Below are positions 59,185-64,000 of a DNA stretch of 64,000 nt, piece after piece (the first letter of the stretch is position 1; every line of letters begins with the position of its first letter). Made by a program: the position numbers and the translations under genes. The DNA comes from Candidatus Multivoradales bacterium (GTDB taxonomy: Bacteria > Acidobacteriota > Thermoanaerobaculia > Multivoradales > JAHEKO01): assembly GCA_965223855.1 (NCBI GenBank), contig CBDCXM010000009.1, forward strand, positions 2,112,001-2,176,000, given 5' to 3'. The notes beneath the pieces are model-generated. The model ran no database searches and had not been told where the DNA came from. It saw only the letters and a list, made by a program, of their open reading frames with translations.

Positions 59185-60813
59185 TCAGCGCGACGTTCCC
59201 TGAACCCGAACCAGGCGGTTGAGACCGTCGATCTCGATCGGCGTCGAGCCGCTCGAGTCGATGACCTCGAGCGAGGTGATCGCCTGGAGGTCTCCGAGGC
59301 CGAACACCGGCCGCGTCTGGCTCTGACTCAGGTAGCTGCCCCCAGTCCGCACGAGCCACGTGTGGGTCTTGCCCCCGGCTTTGAGGACGACCTTCGAGCC
59401 GATGCCGTCCGGGGTGCCGGTTCCCGTTCCCGGATCGACGGCGATCCAGTTCCCCTTCGCGCCTCGGTTCTCGAACAGCTGAGCCGGTCCGCCGTTGGTG
59501 GTGACGACGACGTCGAGGTCACCGTCGCCGTCGAGGTCGCCATAGGCGGCTCCGCGAGCCACCCGCGGAGTCGCGAGGTCGCCACCGTCGGTGTCGGTCA
59601 CCTCGACGAACCGCCCTCCGTCGTTGCGGAAGAGTTGCGTCGGCTGGGCGTAGGTGACGTTCGCCTTGATCGTCTCGATCTCGGGCTCGAGGTGCCCGTT
59701 GGCCACGAGGAGATCGACATCGCCGTCGAGGTCGTAGTCGAAGAAGAAGGTGGCGAACGAAAGCGACGAGAGGGTGGGACGCCCGATCTGCGCCGGCGCC
59801 GCCGAGTCGATGAAGAGCGTCTCTCCGACGTTCTGATAGAGCGCCACCATCTCGTTGTCGAAATTGCCGATCACGAGACTCTGGCGCCCGGATCCGTCGT
59901 AGTCCGCCGAATCGATTCCCATGCCGCCGCGGGCGACGCCGTTCTCGTCGAAGGCGACACCGGCGATGAGACCGACCTCCTCGAAGGTGCCGTCCTTCTT
60001 GTTGCGGAAGAGGAGATTCGGCTGGGTGTCGTTGGCGACGGCTAGGTCCATCCAGCCGTCGCCGTCGAAGTCGAGCACGGCGACACCGAGCGACTTGCCG
60101 TCGGGCACGAAGAAGCCGGCCTCCTTCGTGCGATCGGTGAACGTGCCGTCGCCGTCGTTGCGGTAGAAGCGGGGCGAGGCGCCATCGTACGGTTCCGGGG
60201 TGCAGTAGCTCTTGTTCTTGCCGTCGAGCTTGCACTCGATGTCGCTCTCGGGTGTCCAGGTCACGTAGCGCGCGGCGAAGATGTCGAGCCAGCCGTCGTT
60301 GTCGGCGTCGAAGAGCGCCACCGAAGCGCCGAACTCGTACTCCGTCGTCAAGCCGGCCGATTCGCTCACGTCGACGAACCGGCCGTCCCGGTTCTCGAGC
60401 AGGTAGTCGGTGCCCACACACGAGAGATAGAGGTCGCGATCACCGTCGCGGTCCAGATCGCCGGCGGCCCCACCCATGCAATAGGCGGCGAGGTCGAGAC
60501 CGGTCGCCGCCGTGACGTCCTCGAATCGCAGGCCACCGCGGTTTCGATAGAGCCGCTGCGTAGTCGTGGACCCTTCGCGACCGGAGAAGCGGTTGCCGTT
60601 GACGAACAGCAGGTCGAGACGGTCGTCTCCGTCGTAGTCGAAGACGACGACTCCCGAGCCCATCGTCTCGGGCAGCCACTTGCTCCCGAACGCTCCTGTG
60701 TTGTGGTCGAAGTCGATGCCGCTCGCCGCGGTCACGTCGACGAAACGGGTCTCCGCTGCCGAGGTGCCGACGGAAGCGAGCAGGAGGGCAAGAAGAAGGG
60801 AGATGCGTCTCAT
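59185..60813 (-). CDS. CRTAC1-family protein (FG-GAP repeats plus ASPIC/UnbV)
   Basis: Signal peptide, ETMGSG, about 7 DxDxDGxxD repeats, RGAAYGD, GGSYLSQS..FGLG. Confidence 0.93.
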   Translation of the reverse strand: MRRISLLLALLLASVGTSAAETRFVDVTAASGIDFDHNTGAFGSKWLPETMGSGVVVFDYDGDDRLDLLFVNGNRFSGREGSTTTQRLYRNRGGLRFEDVTAATGLDLAAYCMGGAAGDLDRDGDRDLYLSCVGTDYLLENRDGRFVDVSESAGLTTEYEFGASVALFDADNDGWLDIFAARYVTWTPESDIECKLDGKNKSYCTPEPYDGASPRFYRNDGDGTFTDRTKEAGFFVPDGKSLGVAVLDFDGDGWMDLAVANDTQPNLLFRNKKDGTFEEVGLIAGVAFDENGVARGGMGIDSADYDGSGRQSLVIGNFDNEMVALYQNVGETLFIDSAAPAQIGRPTLSSLSFATFFFDYDLDGDVDLLVANGHLEPEIETIKANVTYAQPTQLFRNDGGRFVEVTDTDGGDLATPRVARGAAYGDLDGDGDLDVVVTTNGGPAQLFENRGAKGNWIAVDPGTGTGTPDGIGSKVVLKAGGKTHTWLVRTGGSYLSQSQTRPVFGLGDLQAITSLEVIDSSGSTPIEIDGLNRLVRVQGTSR

Positions 60814-60829
60814 TGCGGTCGAAGGATAA

Positions 60830-63670
60830 CTAACCACCGGCGACCACCGTCGTACCGCGCGGCCGGGCCAGGAAGCGGTCGATCTCTTCGCGGGGAACGC
60901 TCTTGTGCTCGAAGATGTTCTGGCGTCGATTGTTGTCATGAGGGTTGTTCTGCAGGTATTCGCGGGTCAGTGCCTGACTCGACTCGTCGGCCTTGAAGCG
61001 CAGGTAGTACTGACGGTGGCGGTCGGAGGTCTCGACGTCGCCGGCGCCACGATAGGAGAGCATCAGGTTGTAGTGGGCGGTCAGGTCTTCGGGGTCGATC
61101 GTCAGCACGTGCTCGAACTCCGCGATCGCCGCTTCGAATTCCCGCTTGAGGAAGTGAATCCGGCCGATCGCGTTGCGGACCACCCGATCTTCGGGATAGG
61201 GAGCGGCGGCCGTTCGGAAGTGCTCCAGCGCGCCGTCGTAGTCGCCGAGTTCCTTGTCGACGAGGCCGCTGAAGTAGTGAGCCCTCGCCAGTTGCGGCTC
61301 CATCGCCAGTGCCTGGGCGAGTACCTCCTCGGCGGCGTCGAGATCGCCCTCCGCTAGCGCCACCCGGCCGAGGTTGACCCAGCCGTCGACGTAGTCGGGC
61401 TCGAGCTCCGTCACCTTGCGGAAGGCGCGCGTCGCTCCTCTGAGGTCGCCCTGGCGCAGCAGCCCGATGCCGTAGTCGTTCCACCGCTCACGGTCGACCG
61501 AGGTGTGCGCGGGCGCGTTCATGTCGGGCAGGTCGGCTTCGGCATCGACGACCGCCAGCTTCGCACTGTCCTCGGACATGACGACGATCGGGAGGGTCGG
61601 GATCTCCTTCACCTTCCCGGAGACGTTGCTGGTGTCACCGGTGAAGACGAAATTCCGGTCGTCGAAGTCGGCGGTGAACTCGGCGCCCACCTGCTGCGGA
61701 TCGGGAACGCCGGCATAGGCCCAGTGGGTGTTGAACCAGGCGAACTTGCGGTAGTTGAGCTTCGCCTCCAGAGTGATCTCGTCCGCCGCGTCCTCCGGGA
61801 TCTCGACCCGGAAGCGGACGGTGTCGCCCGCGCCGGGGGGGATGAGCTTGGCGTAGATCACCGCTCGGTTGGCGAAGGCGTTGCGCTTGTCGATCGGGTT
61901 GCCCCGGGCGTCGATCATCAGCGCACGGTAGAAGGCGGCACCCGGTTCGACCGGCGAGTCCTCGTCCGCCATGCCGCTCCAGTAGAGGACCTTGCCGTCG
62001 GAGTCGGTCGCCTTGAGCTCGACCCAGACCTCGAACGCATCGACGGTGCCGCCCGGGAAGAAGTGGCCGACACCCCGTGTACGGACGACGACGTCGACTC
62101 GCATCGATTCTCCTCGCCGCACGGTTGCCGGCACCCGGTCGATGGGGGCGAAGATCGTCTCCGCCTCGCCATCGAGGCCGGCGCCGCTACCGACCGCCAT
62201 CCCCTGTTCCTCGCCGACCGCGAAGCTCGTGGCGAGGGCGGGTCCTTCGAGCGCCACGCCACCGTCGCCGACCGATTCGATCGGCTCCGCCTCGGTCATC
62301 GCGAAGATGTCCACCGTCACCTGACGCGCCTGGAGGAAGTCGGTCACGACCTTGAGTTGCTCCTCGTCCTGGTTGGCGATCGGCAGCGCGGTGTTCGCCC
62401 CCGGGAAGCGGTGCGAGCGGATCATCCCGTCGTGGTTGCCGGCATCGTCCGAGGGAGTCATCGGCATGTGGCAGTCGAGGCAGTTCTTGGGCTCCGGCGG
62501 GTAGTAGAACGAGCGTGCCCCGAAGCCGGAGACACCGCTCGCCTGCCAGTTGTCGTAGGAGTTGAAACCGCGGATCCAGCGGTAGTTGTTGACCGGAACG
62601 TCGAGGTGCACCTTGTGGCATGTGGCGCAGAACTGTGCCGAGTCCTCGTTCTCGAAGAACGGCTTGATGAAGGTGCGTCGGTGCGGCTCGGGGTCGAGCC
62701 TCACGAGCGCATCGTGCACCGCGTTGAGGAGGCGGTTCTCGCTCGTCGCCAGATCGTGAAGGGGCGGCACCGTGATCTCGTAGTCCCCCTGGCCCATCGT
62801 GCTCTCGACGGTCGAGATCATGTGGCAGGCGGTGCAGGAGAGACCGGTCTGCGCCTCCTCGGTGTGGACGATCTCCTTGATCGGCGTGTCCATCAGGCCG
62901 GACTGGAGCACCGCGGGATCGTGGCAGCCGCCGCACCATTTCGACGCCTCGATGCCGGCCACCTCCTGCATGTACTCGATCGACTTGCGGTACCACTGGT
63001 TGTTGAAGCTCGAGAAGTGGTGCGCCGAGCTGTTCCACTGGTCGAAGACGTCCGGATGACAACCGGAGCGGGCACAGCTCTCCGATCCCATGTAGACGTT
63101 CGAAGGCACCGTGCCCCCGTGGGTCGTCTGAACCGAAGAGGGGAAGAAGGGGCCACTCTCTCCTCCCATCGCCTCCTCGGCCATCGACAAGGGGGCGGGC
63201 GGATTGGTCAGGTCGTGGCGCGGGTCGGGATTCGCGCGCTGCCAGGCGAGCGAGGCGAACGCCGCGGCAGTCGCCAGAGGGAGCGCGACCGCCGCCAGCT
63301 TCCACTGCCGGGTACGGCGCTCGGCGAGGAACGCCAGCAGCAGCAGCACCAGGCCGGCGATCGCCAGCAGGATGTGAGCGGTGAGCCAGCCTCGATTGCC
63401 GGCCAGATTGCCGATGCGCCACAGGACGACGCTGCAACCGACCGACGCCAGCAGGGCCACTCCCCCGGTGAGCACCAGCGGCTGCCGGCGCCGGCGCCAC
63501 CACCACGGCACGAACAGCGCCGTCAGGGCGATGCCCAGCACGACATGAAGCACGATGTTGGCGAAGTAGAAGAGGACCGGGTCGCCGTGCGCGTAGAGAT
63601 AGGCGCTGTTGGCGACCAGGGCCAGGGCGCCGACGAACAAGCGCCGGTCGGTGCGGGTCTGTCGTGTCAT
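60830..63670 (-). CDS. Membrane-anchored multiheme cytochrome c (c554-like) fused to TPR repeats
   Basis: About 5 N-terminal TM helices, CARSGCH..WNSSAH, CGGCH, CTACH, CATCH, CLDCH, SHRFPG, GHFFPGG, C-terminal TPRs. Confidence 0.9.
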   Translation of the reverse strand: MTRQTRTDRRLFVGALALVANSAYLYAHGDPVLFYFANIVLHVVLGIALTALFVPWWWRRRRQPLVLTGGVALLASVGCSVVLWRIGNLAGNRGWLTAHILLAIAGLVLLLLAFLAERRTRQWKLAAVALPLATAAAFASLAWQRANPDPRHDLTNPPAPLSMAEEAMGGESGPFFPSSVQTTHGGTVPSNVYMGSESCARSGCHPDVFDQWNSSAHHFSSFNNQWYRKSIEYMQEVAGIEASKWCGGCHDPAVLQSGLMDTPIKEIVHTEEAQTGLSCTACHMISTVESTMGQGDYEITVPPLHDLATSENRLLNAVHDALVRLDPEPHRRTFIKPFFENEDSAQFCATCHKVHLDVPVNNYRWIRGFNSYDNWQASGVSGFGARSFYYPPEPKNCLDCHMPMTPSDDAGNHDGMIRSHRFPGANTALPIANQDEEQLKVVTDFLQARQVTVDIFAMTEAEPIESVGDGGVALEGPALATSFAVGEEQGMAVGSGAGLDGEAETIFAPIDRVPATVRRGESMRVDVVVRTRGVGHFFPGGTVDAFEVWVELKATDSDGKVLYWSGMADEDSPVEPGAAFYRALMIDARGNPIDKRNAFANRAVIYAKLIPPGAGDTVRFRVEIPEDAADEITLEAKLNYRKFAWFNTHWAYAGVPDPQQVGAEFTADFDDRNFVFTGDTSNVSGKVKEIPTLPIVVMSEDSAKLAVVDAEADLPDMNAPAHTSVDRERWNDYGIGLLRQGDLRGATRAFRKVTELEPDYVDGWVNLGRVALAEGDLDAAEEVLAQALAMEPQLARAHYFSGLVDKELGDYDGALEHFRTAAAPYPEDRVVRNAIGRIHFLKREFEAAIAEFEHVLTIDPEDLTAHYNLMLSYRGAGDVETSDRHRQYYLRFKADESSQALTREYLQNNPHDNNRRQNIFEHKSVPREEIDRFLARPRGTTVVAGG

Positions 63671-64000
63671 GGCAGTGAGCTACCGGGGAAGTGGGTGGAT
63701 GCCTGCGGCGAAGAATACAAGGAGGTTGCCCGAAGATGTTGCAGGTCGCGTACCAACGAAGGGGTGGCCTGCGAGCGGGTCTCAGGAGGCTTCGGCGGCC
63801 TTCAGTTCGTAGATTCTACGATCGGCGGGCGTAAGCGTTATGGTGCGCGAGTCCCGAGCTCGAGCGCATCTTCCCGGGGAGTGCAGGAAGCGGAGTGGAG
63901 GAAACGGCCGTCGCGAGGGGCATTGTCCCGCCGGGACCGGAGAAGGCGACCGGAAGGCACGTCACCGCCCGGACTTGTCGACGAGGCGTATCTGGTCGGT

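Noticed and set aside
63830-64000. GGA-rich Csr/Rsm-type sRNA
   Set aside because: GGA motifs are not clearly in hairpin loops, and the region is truncated by the window edge

Overview
High-GC bacterial window, densely coding, about 57 genes. An Acidobacteriota origin is inferred from the acidobacterial-type VWA protein, a GWxTD protein and an IFxDxFESGD-motif protein. I found no rRNA, tRNA, CRISPR array or transposase. Most genes are housekeeping: carB, fumC, rlmN, ppk2, lemA/TPM, dinB, hslR, gap, a Gld-like ABC system, nrdJ with tandem NrdR boxes, rlmD-like, folE, fabH-like and lgt. Items worth follow-up: (1) a SelW/Rdx selenoprotein missed by the ORF track, with CxxU and a SECIS hairpin (52348-52581, -); (2) a four-gene operon of membrane multiheme cytochrome c-TPR, CRTAC1/FG-GAP, DUF4388 and an orphan TatT; (3) a eukaryote-like lipid-linked mannosylation cluster (GT2, PIG-V-like, TMEM260/DUF2723-like) beside a secreted protein and a divergent active/dead SGNH pair; (4) a GcvT-like gene with two PYROXD2/phytoene-desaturase-like genes; (5) an orphan ParA with a roadblock-like partner; (6) a foreign-looking solo HEPN gene; (7) an archaeal-type GAPDH homologue in addition to a canonical gap; (8) an apparently orphan sigma54 promoter in a structured intergenic region. 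Two +1 frameshifts (lolC/E and rlmD-like) may be sequencing errors. All family calls come from motif recognition by eye, not database searches.
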